Made by a program: the position numbers and the translations under genes. Below the pieces are notes generated by a model, which did not search any database, was not told the DNA's origin, and was given only the letters and a program-made list of their open reading frames with translations. A stretch of 64,000 nt of DNA from Octopus bimaculoides (Eukaryota), in the NCBI RefSeq assembly GCF_001194135.2, contig NC_068984.1, positions 24,988,999 through 25,052,998 on the forward strand, written 5' to 3'. This document shows positions 24,108-38,120 of this stretch, in pieces (within the stretch, counting starts at the first letter, position 1; each line of letters starts with the position of its first letter).

Positions 24108-24939
24108 CACAGGGTGTAATGGGTAAAATGTTACCATTTATATTTTCAATTTCGCACAGTATAGTAGGGTCAGCTGGGCACCATTTGTGAGAAAAACAGC
24201 ACCATGATGCAATTCACTCTGCCAGAAATTTGGAAACAACATGCTGTACTGCTTGGCATTCACACCAGAAGCTCCAATACGCAGAACAACCGTTGGCTTG
24301 CCATGTCCCTAAAACATGTACCAAGAGTAATAAAAATCAAACATCCTGTCAACAGCATGGTGTTTAGAGTCATCACTAGTGATGGCAATGTTATGCCTCT
24401 TCCTCTTCCCACACGGCTTCAGACTCAACACGGAGGCCTACATCAAGTGCCTGGAAGGGGTGGTGCTGCCCTGAGTCAAGAGGTTGGCTGCTGGAAGACC
24501 CTGTGTCTCGCAACAGGACTCTGCACCATGCCACACAAGCAGGAGAACCCAGTCATGGCTGTCAGGCAATTTCTGAAATCACATCACCTCTAACATCTGG
24601 TCACCTAACTCCCCAGACTGCAACTCCCTTGATTATAATGTGTGGGGCACAGTTGAGTGAGAGACCAACAAAACTCCTTGTAACACTAAAGATGAACTGC
24701 AGGCAATAATTATGGCAGCATTCACCAACTTAAACAAGGAGACTGTCCAGAAGATTTGCAGGAGATTCCACGTATGGAGGCTGTGGTTGAAGCCAATGGC
24801 GATTTCATTGAATAAATTTACTCTAATACTTCGCTATATTTTTATGCAATTTTGGTAAATATATCTGTTAAAATGAGATGTCAATGTTGTTTTTCATTTT
24901 TGCGTAATTTAAACAACAATATATTTACTGCACCATGTG
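24108..24939 (+). mobile_element. Decayed maT (DD37D) mariner-like transposon, internally deleted
   Basis: KHPVNSMVF..TSDGNVMP, then QQDSAPCH..WSPNSPDCNSLDY with 37 residues between the last two catalytic Asp; ends EAVVEANGDFIE* after frameshifts. CAGGGTG / CACCATG termini next to TA. Confidence 0.88.
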
Positions 24940-24945
24940 TATATG

Positions 24946-24987
<42 letters not shown>

Positions 24988-27839
24988 ATTTTAGTCCTTA
25001 TTGGCAGAAGGGGCAGGCCTCCCTAGCATCAGAAATCAGTCTAATAATTAATTATAGCTTTGATACCAGAAAAGTATTGAATAAATTATCTGAACTACGA
25101 CAGAAATTTATTTTAATTACAACAAAAATCTTTAATCTGCAAAAAATAGTTTTCTTCTTTCAAATATATCTGTATTCCAGCTTCACAGAAAATAGTCATC
25201 ACTGAATAATTAATCGTTTTAGTAAAGATGTAACTGTGGAATAGGTTTTCTGTCTGTTGATAGCTACTTTAACGCTTAAAATTATGTAAGCGCAAGGGTT
25301 TGATGAATAAGCTAATATTTGGTTATAGGCTAATCCACATTAATACGTGTTATATTTTTGGCTGATGATATTTAATTAGGTTTATGGGTATTTGCTAATT
25401 AAAAACATTTAAAGACTTTCGAAAATGTAAATAACATTAATTAAGAACTAATAATTCCTTCAAAAATTTGTATTGTTTATGTTACAATTTACATTGTTAT
25501 TTAATGTCTAGATTTGGCATGGCCCCAATAATAGAGCTTTCACTGCCCAAGTTTTCTGTACAGGATTTTATTATCATGTGGAGTCTGGGGCAGATTGTGA
25601 CTCTACAGTCTAGATGAAAAATATCTCTAGCACTCGCATTGCAGATTATTTAATAGTTAAAAATAAATCGGATTTAATCTAACTTTACTCTTAATAACAA
25701 GTAGAGTATGGATAATGCTAAATTACTTTTTGTTTGGATTAATTCAGCCAATTCATATTATACAAACAAACAATCAATCTTGGCACCTGATTTTCAGCAA
25801 GAATAAGCAAAGTAAGAACATAATGCAGAACCCTGGATCAAATACAAACAAAACAAATTTGGAAGTTAAACTAAACTAGCACAGTGTTTTATTACCTTAT
25901 AAAATAAATAAAAAATTAATTCAAGTAACTTGAAATATTTCATAACTTTCTATTCTTGCAATATTTTATGTTGGTAGCTACTTCAGTTGAATAAGATTTC
26001 TTTAGAAAATAAATTAGTCATACCTCTCAAGATTATTTCACTGTTCAATGCTATTATCCAGAAGGTATTTCTTATTCTTCGTCTCACATTTGTTAATGGT
26101 GAAGCCACAAACAAACAACTTTTAATAAAGACAGCTCCAAACATGCTAAGTGTTGCCAGTTATACTTGACGTAAATGAAAAACCTAATAACCACCAATGA
26201 AAGCAGAACTAAATAAATTTAATAATATGGTACTTATTTTAATCATTACGTTAGGAATAAAATTTAGGCCACTGATAAGAACACAAATTTGGAATGAGTT
26301 TTCACAACCATATGCTGTTAATCAATAATGACAATGGGAACCTATTTTATAGAATGAAAATAGTTATAATAGCATTTCATTTTATTGAGAATCATTATAA
26401 AAAAATAAAAACTGTCAAGCAATCTATGATATTTATTCCAGAAGGGAAACTGAGTAACTGGTTGACATAAAAACCAAATATGTTATAAAGGTGTTGTTTG
26501 TACATAGCAATATCATAGAACTTACTTTCTCTTTGCTTTGTTGTGCAAGTAACTATTAGATATGTCATTACAATCCAGCACTTTATAGATACCTTCCTTT
26601 CCTAATACCAACTAATAGAGAATGGTAACTATATTTCTAATAAATTGTGGTACACGGAATATTGACCTGTGTTTAAAGACATTGTATACTGCCAATGTAT
26701 GTAGCAAGATTTGAACAGAAAAAAACAAGATCCACAAAAATCAGTATTTCAATCACTACATCTCTAATGTATACACACATGAACACAAATATAAACTTAG
26801 ATGAGTACACATACCATGCATGCCACATGTTTGCACAAGTGCTATATACATTCATGCATACACATGTGTATACATTAATAGATGCAACTTTGCTGAATCA
26901 AAAAAGGTGCAAACAATTCCTATTTTGTCCCTAGCACTGCACAGTATATCAGAAACATTCAACTCTGCGATCCTGTTGATCCAGGTGTTAATAGATTCCA
27001 TAAAAAGGTACTCTGTCACTACCAAACATTAGTTTCAATTTGGTTCTGTGATTGATTTGACAAGAGGCATCTCAAAAACATTTTAACTGTGGAGCCTTTT
27101 AAGAGAAGTATGTCAAAGAGTTGACAGATACAATATAACCAATAAGCAAGCTTATGATCAAGATAAATTCTTCTAGGAAAACAGAAACACTAATCCTTTT
27201 CCACAAGGTCAATGATAAATTCCAGTTTTCCCAATGTTAAGCAATTTAGAGCCCTATAAGTGCCCTTGGTTACGATTGTGATTTATAACAAGTAACTTAG
27301 CTTTTTCTTGAAGAGGAGTCTGACTTAGCAATGCAAACCAATGAAACACTAGGAAATTTCAAAGTGCTTCCACTGCTTTCAGCAGTGGATTATACCAGCT
27401 ATCTAGAAACAGGCAAGCCAATGATGCAGCCTCTACATGGTCATTCATCTTGCTAGAAATATCACCTAAATCACTATCAAATCTAAGATGAACACATTAG
27501 ATAAAGCCCTGTCTGGAATAAAGACTGGGTGGTTATGGCTGGAATATCAGACCACAGATCTGTTCATTAAGGGTTGATCTAAGGTTAAACAAAAAGAAAA
27601 AAAAACTGGAATTTTGCCATAGAGAGTTAAGTATTTTAGCTGAAGATTCCATATTAACATACCAACAGGATATAAACTGCCATACACTTAACTAGTTATC
27701 TGACACATTCATAACATATTTCAAGTTAAACATGTGCCATTAAACCTCATATTTCCACTTTAATGACCATTTCTACATTCTAACATTGCACATGCTACAG
27801 TACACCAACTCTATATATCCAAACACACACACACAATTT

Positions 27840-28510
27840 ATCATCATCATTTAATATCTGTTGTCCATACTGGCAAGAGTTGGATGGTTTGACCAGGGCT
27901 GGCAAGCTGAGAAACTGCATAGACACCTGTCTGATTTGGTATGATTTCTATGGCTGGATGCCGTTCCTAGCACCAACTACTCAGAGTGTAATGGGTGCTT
28001 TTATGTGCCATTGGCATTGGCCATAGCTACGATTTCACTTGGCTTGATGGGTCTTCTCAAGCACAGCATATCGCCAAAGGTTTCAGTCATTACTCATTGT
28101 CTCAGTGAGGCCCAGCATTTGAAGACCATGCTTCACCACTTTGTCCCATGTCTTCCTGGGTCTACCTCTTCCACAGGTTCCCTCCACAGTTAGAGATCAG
28201 CACTTTACACAACTGTCCTCATCCATATGCATCATATGACCACACCAGTGCTGTTGTCTCTCCTGCACACCACATCTGATACCTCTCATACCTAACTTTT
28301 CTCTGAAGATGTTTATATTGTTGTACATGCACACTGACCTTGCACATCCAGTGAAGCATGCTAGCATCATTTCTTTCAAGCCTATGCATGTCACAGCCCA
28401 TGTTTCAATGCCATGTAGCATAGCTGTTCACACACATGCATCATACAGTCTGCCTTTTACTGTGAGGGAGAGACCCTTTGTTGCCAACAGAGGTAGGAGC
28501 TCTCTGAACT
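27840..28510 (-). mobile_element. RTE-LINE fragment: RT C-terminal region, short 3'UTR and tail
   Basis: MLHGIETWAV, LERNDASMLHWMC, REKLG..HWCGHMMHMDE and GTCGRGRPRKTWDKVV..YAVLEKTHQAK* run into the shared tail, directly linking the tail module to RTE. Confidence 0.88.
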
Positions 28511-28540
28511 TTGCCTATTCTTATTCTTGAAGCTGCACTC

Positions 28541-28639
<99 letters not shown>

Positions 28640-28654
28640 TGTGTGTGTGTGAGA

Positions 28655-29200
28655 TCATCATTTTAACATCCACTTTTCTATGCTTGCATCGGTCTGACAG
28701 CATCTATTGAGGCAGATTTTCTACAGCCAAATGCTCTTTTCACCAATCCTTACCAGTTTCCAAACAAATATTTCCCCATGGCCAGACACATTTTTGAAAA
28801 ATATGGGAAATGTATGATGCCAGCCCACCTGTGAGTACATACACACTATTGCTTTCTTTAACATAATTGTTTAACGTCCGTTTTCCATGCTGGCATGGGC
28901 TGGACGGTTTGACTGAGGTCTGGAAAGCCAGCAGCTGCACCAGGATCCAATCTGATCTGGCAGTGTTTCTACAGCTGGATGGCCTTCCTAACGCCAACTA
29001 CTCCAAGAGTGTAGTGGGTGCTTTTTATGCGCCACCAGCATAGGAGCCAGTCAGGCAGGCCTGGCATCAATCACGTTCAGATAGTGTTTTTTACGTGCCA
29101 CCAGCATGGGGGCCAGTCAGGGGGTACTGGCATCGGCTACGATTGGTTGGTGCTTTTTATGTGTCACCAGTATGGGAGCTAGTCAGGGGGGCACTGGCCA
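28655..29200 (-). mobile_element. Two adjacent RTE-tail copies, the second with three hairpin units
   Basis: SINE-type tail at about 28655-28830; tail plus units at about 28866-29200 with linkers like the 55.5-kb copy. Confidence 0.8.
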
Positions 29201-30559
29201 TGCATTATGAATTCTTTTGAAGAAAATTCACATAATATAATCAGTTTCCTCGTCTCTCAGCCAATTTGAATAATGTTAGCTTACATTATAGCATTAAACT
29301 AGTTTTTGAATGACAAACAGACACTTACTTGGTTTTTAGATGATTCAGATATTTAAAAAATGTAACTCTTATTAAATATGTCAACAACCTTGCTCAATAC
29401 CTCTTTGTTTCTTTTATATAGTAAATATATTTTAAGAGGTTTACTAAGATAAAAGGAGCAGACTAATTCCTATACAATTTAGATTGAATAGTTATACGCA
29501 TGTTGTTTTTTTAATTGTATAATTCCTAAGACATTGTTTGTCAATGAGAGGTTCAGTAAACCAAAATATAGTACTGAACTACAGACTGAAGAGCTAATAG
29601 TTGGTACCCCAACATCAGTGACATATCAGTGGCAAATATACTTAACTCTCTCTTTCTCAATGGCACATGTTACCTAACTGTAAATAGCTACCATAAGTAA
29701 GTGTAGTTCACTTACAAGTGTCTGTCACAATTTTGCACTCAAAAGAGGATTTGGCACAGTTGTTCTGTCCCACTAGAACCTCTCCATACTCTAGTAACAC
29801 AACAAACCATGTCTAGATATCAGTCCTTTTAATATAACTATATAAACCATCATTAGCAATTATTTCCAAGTTCCCCATTTTTTTCTTAATCTAATAAAAT
29901 TTTCATACATTCACACCTACAAACTACAAAAAAATTGAGTGTTTGTAAAAATGAATTTTAGTTAGCTCAAAGCTGTAATTTCAAGCTCTGAAAGTTAAGA
30001 TGCATGTATAAGACAACAGAAGTAACAACTATAATCTGTAATCTATAATAATTGTCTGGGCAATACAAACGAGTATGATAGACTCAGGAAAAACAAATGG
30101 AAATCAATTATTATGAAGAGAATCAAGAGATAAGAAAAAAACTACCTGTGACTTGAGAGACATGATAGCCAAAAGAGAAAGGTGAGACATAAAAAAACTT
30201 AGGAGGAAATAGTTAAATTGGATTTGAAAAGTTAACCAGTACAGATGAAATAACTTAAGCTAAAGGTTCACAGAAAAAGTCTGGCTATTCAGTAGGTCAG
30301 TTCTACTCATATAAACAGAAAATAACCAATACAAATCTAATAATGATTGATGAAAATGATAGGAGAAAGAAATATGGTGAGAATTATGGCAATAACAGTG
30401 ATGATAAAGAGATAACAGAGTGATTATAAAGAAGTGGCAAGGATCAATACAGAGTTATAAAAATATCTAAGCCTACACTTGACTGCCAGAACATTGATTA
30501 ATATAAAAGTATCAAACCCATTATATATATGTGTGTGTGTGTGTGTGTGCACGTGCATG

Positions 30560-30625
<66 letters not shown>

Positions 30626-30995
30626 GATAGACCGTCTTGTATTCAATGCATGAAGACCAAAAGATTTTACTTTTTTTTTTTTTACTTCACAATTTAATGC
30701 TTGTGTCTTCTGTTAAGCACTAGATCCTTGTTTTTGCAAACCAGGTTGCAGCCATCACATGCAAAACATTAAAAGGAAACTGCATTCTTTTAATCTTGCC
30801 TTAGATCACATAGCTGCTCAATCCTTGAGTTCATATGACTTCTGGTGCTGTTTTCACAGATTTTCCTTCACCTGTTATGGTCAGCAGCACATTCCTCAAA
30901 TTCTGATACCTTTATCCTAGTACGCTCGATATCATTCTTCATCTTATCCATGTATCTAAGAAGAGATCTTCTTACATTTTGTACTCCTGCACTGA

Positions 30996-31342
30996 TGTGT
31001 GTGTGTGTGTGTGTAAATGTGGGTGTGAGTGTGTAAGTGTGTAAATGTGGGTGTGAGTGTGTAAGTGAGTAAATGTGTGTGTGAATGTGTAAGTCGGTGA
31101 GTGTGTAAATGAGTGAGTGTGTGAGTGAGTATGTGAGTGTAAATGTGTGTGTGAGTGTAAATGTGTGTGTGAGTGTAAATGTGTGTGTGAGTGTGTGTGT
31201 AAGTGTGTGAGTGTGTGTGTAAGTGTGTGTGCGAGTGTGAGTGTGTGTGCGAGTGTGAGTGAGTGAGTGTAAGTGAGTGAGTGTGAGTGAGTGGGTGTGA
31301 GTGTGAGTGTAAGTGAGTGAGTTTGTGAGTGTAAGTGAGTTA

Positions 31343-31381
<39 letters not shown>
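30996..31381. repeat. Compound (GT)/(GTGA)/(GTAAAT) microsatellite running into a gap
   Basis: Degenerate simple repeat; gap at 31382-31954. Confidence 0.95.
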
Positions 31382-32042
31382 NNNNNNNNNNNNNNNNNNN
31401 NNNNNNNNNNNNNNNNNNNNNNNNNNNNNNNNNNNNNNNNNNNNNNNNNNNNNNNNNNNNNNNNNNNNNNNNNNNNNNNNNNNNNNNNNNNNNNNNNNNN
31501 NNNNNNNNNNNNNNNNNNNNNNNNNNNNNNNNNNNNNNNNNNNNNNNNNNNNNNNNNNNNNNNNNNNNNNNNNNNNNNNNNNNNNNNNNNNNNNNNNNNN
31601 NNNNNNNNNNNNNNNNNNNNNNNNNNNNNNNNNNNNNNNNNNNNNNNNNNNNNNNNNNNNNNNNNNNNNNNNNNNNNNNNNNNNNNNNNNNNNNNNNNNN
31701 NNNNNNNNNNNNNNNNNNNNNNNNNNNNNNNNNNNNNNNNNNNNNNNNNNNNNNNNNNNNNNNNNNNNNNNNNNNNNNNNNNNNNNNNNNNNNNNNNNNN
31801 NNNNNNNNNNNNNNNNNNNNNNNNNNNNNNNNNNNNNNNNNNNNNNNNNNNNNNNNNNNNNNNNNNNNNNNNNNNNNNNNNNNNNNNNNNNNNNNNNNNN
31901 NNNNNNNNNNNNNNNNNNNNNNNNNNNNNNNNNNNNNNNNNNNNNNNNNNNNNNTGCAGGTTGTTGCTCTTTTACCACAGGTTAACCCTAAACCAGAAGA
32001 CTTGTGATCAAAAGGTGTTAAAGTCATGATTATGGGATAAAG

Positions 32043-32357
32043 CAGGGGTTATCAAACTTTTTGACTTGCGGACCCCTTTATATTTCAGGCTTTACCTTAG
32101 GGACCCCCCTATGAACGCTTATGAAATTTATACATAAATATTTGCTTAAAATAACATATTTTTACATTTATTTATTTAACAGTATTTAACAAATAGGTTT
32201 ATTGTCAATTAAAAGATTTCGATTAAAAAACATATATAAAATCAAATTGCCCACAAAAAGTATTTGCTGTCCACGGACCCCCTGTCTTGTCTTTGCGGAC
32301 CCCGTCTTGTCTTTGCGGACCCCCTGTGGTCCGTGGACCACAGTTTGAAAACCCCTA
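32043..32357. mobile_element. hAT-type MITE
   Basis: TIRs CAGGGGTTATCAAACT / AGTTTGAAAACCCCTA; 8-bp TSD GGATAAAG vs GTATAAAG; subterminal GCGGACCCC motifs including a short tandem duplication. Confidence 0.85.
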
Positions 32358-32542
32358 GTATAAAGTATCAAGAACTGTCCTGGACACATCTTCCATTTTT
32401 AAGAGAGTAGAATATGATTTGAGGGACATTTTTCAGTTTTTTAAGCAGATAAAGCAATGTCATGAAGGCCTCTCTTTGGTTCAAATGGTTACATTCAAGT
32501 GATTGTGCTGTCAGTAACTAATATTGCATGAATATCAGTTTA

Positions 32543-32913
32543 GCACCATTTGAGCGTAATCGTTACCAATGTCGCCTTCCTGGCACTTGTGCCAGTGGCA
32601 CGTGAAAAGACAACCGAGTGAGATCGTTGCCAGTACCGCTGGACTGGCTCCTGTGCAGGTGACATGTAAAATACACCATTTTGAGCGTGGCTGTTGCCAG
32701 TGCCACCTGACTGGCCTTCATGCCGGTGGCACATAAAAGCACCCACTACACTCTTGGAGTGGTTGGCATAAGGAAGGGCATCCAGCTGTAGAAACTCTGC
32801 CAAATTAGATTGGAGCCTGGTGTAGCCACCTGGTTCACCAGTCCTCAGTCAAATCGTCCAACCCATGCTAGCATGGAAAGCGGACGTTAAACAATGATGA
32901 TGATGATGATGAT
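32543..32913 (+). mobile_element. RTE-LINE 3' end
   Basis: Highly similar to 19390-19740. Confidence 0.9.
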
Positions 32914-33953
32914 ATGAGAGAAGTTGTTTAGATCTAACAGCTTTTGTGACTCTAAATTCAGAACAAATTGATGCTGCTTTCATATATAGACTTAAGTTTT
33001 AAAAATTTTCTTTTTAAAGCAACAGAAAGGAAAATATGATATTCATGCTTTCTTTAAAACCTTAAAACAAAAAAAAACAAAATAAAATAATGAGTGGAAT
33101 GGTTACATGTAAGAATAAGCTAAGCTAGGGACACTGCCCTGAAATATTTCTCATTAATATCCCTTGCTGGGAGAAACACCATCTATTAAACAATATTTAT
33201 ATATTTATGCATATAAAAAAAAATAAGGCAAGAAAGTATAAAAATATAAAATAAAACAGACATTAGCTATTAAATCTACAATCTTCAGCAGCTATGTTGT
33301 CATAACACCTATCAGTCAATGTGGAAAAATAGAACAAGTCACAATCTGAAAGTTCTTTTGGGTTTTGGAAGCAGGAAAGTCTCTTAACAATTAGATATAT
33401 GTATGTCAAAACACCTCCACAAAAGCTAAGTTTGAGCCAAAGCAGGAGGTATGTGTGTGTCAGTGAGAGGAGGTGTGTGTATAGACACTAACACAAAAGA
33501 AAAAATATCTTTAATGTACTGGAGCTTTATGTTAATAACCAGCTTTATGAAGGTGTCGTTGCTAAGTAAATGTATTTCCAATTCTATAGAATTCTCTACA
33601 TCAATTCAAAAGTTTTAAATAATTACCCAAAGATATTTGTCACGTCAAACAACCCACTTTTCAGATTCAAACAAAATTTGCTCTTCCACCTACACAAATT
33701 CCACAGATGTACACTACCTATGCTATCAAAACAGACCAGACATTTTCTAAAATTCAACATTTAATGTATCAAGTATTTATATTTTCTTTTCACATGAATG
33801 ACACAAATACATAAATTCTCATATATATATACATATATATATTGTATGTATGGATATAAAACCACATTCTCAAAACATCACATCTGAATAATAAAACAGG
33901 TAGTCAATAAAATCCAGAACCAGCTTACACCATCTACAAAATATTTAGGTTTA

Positions 33954-33984
<31 letters not shown>

Positions 33985-34250
33985 ATTGAAAGAGACAGAT
34001 AGAAACATCACTAAAGATACATTCTTACATCTACAAAGAGTAGTCCTTTTATCATGCCTATCAAAGTATTTGAAACTTCAAGGAGATGACACACCAGCTA
34101 AATCTGAGAGCAAAACAAGTACCCTAAGAATAACATGTTTCCTTATCATTTAACAAAAGATTTTAAAATATTTTGATACATTGACAGAATCTTGAATTTC
34201 AGTGCAATGCCCCTGGCAATGGCTGTAGTCCAATGACTGAAACAAGTATA

Positions 34251-34317
<67 letters not shown>

Positions 34318-34343
34318 ATATATATATATATATATATATATCT

Positions 34344-34404
34344 CATCATCATCGTTTAACGTCTGTTTTCCATGCTGGCATGGGTTGGACCATTTGACTG
34401 AGGT
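34344..34404 (-). mobile_element. Minimal RTE tail embedded in (TCTA)n(TA)n
   Basis: CATCATCATCGTTTAACGTCTGTTTTCCATGCTGGCATGGGTTGGAC. A plus-strand tail lies at about 34870-34950. Confidence 0.85.
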
Positions 34405-36015
34405 CTATCTATCTATATATATATATATATATATATATATCCCATTCAAATAATGCTGCTTACTAAAAAGTAAATACCACCTGAACTCTAACAAATTATC
34501 TCTCAGATAATATTTGTGTTGTGAAAATAAATATCAATAGACTCTTTATCATTCCAATGTTGACAGATATATCAGACCTTAAATCAAAGAAAGTTACACT
34601 AAATAGCTATAATTCCTATTTCCTGAAGAGCAGATAGTCAGGGAAGAGATGAACAATCTTCATGGGAGAACTTTATCTAAAGAGAAAATCATTTATGGAT
34701 GAATCAACTAGTTTCATTTCTATAATTGTTTTCCTCTCTGATTAGCTTTAACTACTGAAAAGGTTTCCATTCCATTTTAATTATTTTTGTTTTCTTCTCA
34801 GCTTTGTCATCTAATTAGTTATATATATATATATATATATGTACATATACATATATATATTGCAGCTTCCCGGCTTGCCAGTCCTCAGTCAAATCATCCA
34901 CCCATGCCAGCATGGAAAGCAGACATTAAACAATGACGAGGGTGATGATATATCATATTAGAAGCTGTATAATCAGATTCTCCAGCTAGACTGTCCACCA
35001 ATGTCATAAAACAGCCCAGCTGAGTAGAAGCCAAATTCAGTGTAAGCTTTCGATATAAGTATATAGATCCACTCTACCCAACATATTGAGATTTATATCA
35101 GATGGTGTTTGCACTATGTAAGATGTATGAGCAGGTAGACAAAATGCTTAGTGGCATTTCTTTTGGCTTTATGTTCCAAGTTCAAATTCTGTCAAGGTCA
35201 ACTTTAGGTTTTTAACATTTGAGATTATGATTCTAAAAGACATGCATAACATAAAACAGAAATTTTTTGGGATAAAATAAGAAAGTTGAAACTGAAAGTT
35301 TACAGGTGGAGGGAAAACAAAATCCACATGCACCACAAAAAATTCTATATTTTTTTTTTTGCAGACTGATTTATAATGCTTACAACATGCAGCATTAAAA
35401 AAAGTAGTTTTTGAGAGGATTTTCATACATCTCATAATTTCTAACTGTTCTATAGGAATTCTCAAACTTGAATTAGAAATTAAATTTCTACTGGACACTA
35501 ACAACAACTACACCATGCCAATATCCATAACAAATATCAGAAAATAATAGCAATTTTAGATTAAAATTTTTTTTTATTTATTTAATTATACATTTTCACC
35601 AACTAGACCTCAGCTCTTTTATGTAGATACCTTTATTTTAATTTTTACCCAAAATGTCAAAATCCCCATTTATACCAATATATTAATAGTACTTATTTTC
35701 CACACAGTTCCTCATATTTCCACTCCCATTACAGTTAAGGTTAAAGAACCTAACCTGCATTCATTCATTCATTCAGCACAGAACCATGAAAGTCCTGGTC
35801 AATTCAAAATCCTTCTGCTACAACATTTTTATAATAATTTTCCTCTTTTGTTAGGGTTTCCCCCCTATTGTTTCCTAAATAATTCACCATAACAAACAAC
35901 CAGGCAGCTTTCAATAACTTCAAAATAAAAAAATCAAATCAAAATATTCAAATAATAGAAATGAATGCTATCTCTCATTCTTCTACTAAGAGTGTGCACA
36001 CATGCACACACACAT

Positions 36016-36067
<52 letters not shown>

Positions 36068-36774
36068 CTGTGACAGTATGCACTGTAGCTATTGTGCCTT
36101 GTTCCAGTTATACATAACAGTTGAATTAATGTTTCTTTGCACATTATGTCTACAAACAGCAAGCTGCAAACCGAGTCAGAAGATAGCCTAAAAATAAAAT
36201 CTTTATTTTATCTGTTTCAGTCATGTTTGCATAAAGTCACAAAAAAATAATAGAGACCAATCAAAATTATAGTAATTTAAAGGAGGGGAAAACACTAAAA
36301 CTACATTTCAGCAAAAAATAAATGTGATCATTCGTACAGTATGTCAACAAACCAACAAATATGTTTAGAACGAAATGCAGCTGTTACTAAATATTCAAAA
36401 ATGATTGATTGTTGATAATTTCAAGAAGTAGCATGGGAAATGTTAGAAGCTAATAATGGCATATTGGCCTAGTTTATCACATTGATTAGCTAGAATTTAG
36501 GCTTCATCTACATAATTGTCCCCAAAGATGATAAGAAAAGAATGTTAAAATAAAAAGGGATAAATGAAAATATTTTATTAGAAGTCAATGATAAAAAGGA
36601 ATTTCATTAACTTACAAATATCTATACTGGATTAAGTATCCAAATTCACAAGATGTAGATTCATACATATTTTTCCCACTGTGTTGCACCTTGGGCTAGT
36701 GTCTTCTGTTATAGCCCTGGGTCAACCAAAGCCTTGTGAGTGAATTTGGTAGATGGAAACTGAAAGATGCCCAT

Positions 36775-36812
<38 letters not shown>

Positions 36813-36815
<3 letters not shown>

Positions 36816-37255
36816 TCATCATCGTTTAACGTCCGCTTTCCATGCTAGCATGGGTTGGACAATTTAACCGAGGACTGGTGAAACCAGATGGCTACATCAG
36901 ACTCCAATATGATTTGGCAGAGTTTCTACAGCTGGATGCCCTTCCTAACGCCAACCACTCAGAGAGTGTAGTAGGTGCTTTTACGTGTCACCCACACGAA
37001 CGCCAATCAGGCGGTACTGGCAACGGCCACGCTCAAAATGGTGTATTTTATGTGCTACCCACACAAGAGCCAGTCCAGGGGCACTGGCAACGATCTCGCT
37101 CGAAAATCCTTACACATGTCACAGGCACAAGTGATGAATGTATATCCGAATATGATCGATGATCTGAATGTCATCAATACCAGGGCCGCCTGACTGGCTC
37201 CCATGCTGGTGACACGTAAAAAGCACTATCCAAACGTGATCGATGCCAGGGCTAC
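36813..37255 (-). mobile_element. RTE-LINE 3' end with a 5' inverted segment
   Basis: Tail and units on minus to about 37130; a unit in plus orientation at about 37170-37255. Confidence 0.85.
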
Positions 37256-38076
37256 TACTCACAAAGCTTTGGTCAGGCCAGAGCTATAGAAGAAGGTACT
37301 TGCACAAGGTGTCCCACAGTGGGACTGAATGCAAAAATCACGTGGTTAGGAAGCAGACCTCTTAACCTCAAGCCTTGCACAGCTCTGCCTGCACCTCTAC
37401 TAAACCAAATACCTTTATCCAATTCCAAAAAGAACTGACAGTTGTGTATCCCAGATTCTGAAATTAATGTTCTAACCACTAAGCCATGCACCTCCACACA
37501 CACTTTATATCCTTCTCCAAAAATATTGATTCAAGCAGAGCAACTAAGAAAGATATTGTTTGAAGCTTCCAAAGATTTTAATAAAGTCAACCATTTAAAA
37601 ATGCTTGGAACTAGAAAGTTATATCTCAAGGAAAATATTTGGAATGGATGACGAACTTTGTAACTTAGGAAATTGTCTTGAGCCTTTGCACTTCATGACT
37701 CATTTGAATACATGAATTTTGACTCATAAATTGTTTAAAAGAAGTCTTGGTGAATAAAATTCAATCAAGCAAATTTTAAATGTTGGCAATAACATGTAAG
37801 AAAAAAATTAACCATATAGAATATGTTCAAGAATTAAAATATTTAGTTATTCTCTACGTGAAATTAAACTGTATTACAGTGCTATATTTTACCACTAGAA
37901 GTTGTGTATTTTCACAGTTGATTGTTGGTATAAAAGTATCTGGCAAAGCAAAATATGCTTTATTTTGTTTTAATAAAGTTATGTGAAACTTTATCTAACA
38001 GGAGGAGACCATTAAATGTTCTGCTTAAAATTGTTTCTTTACTGCTATTATTAGCATATGTGCAAGAATGTTTTTG

Positions 38077-38084
<8 letters not shown>

Positions 38085-38120
<36 letters not shown>

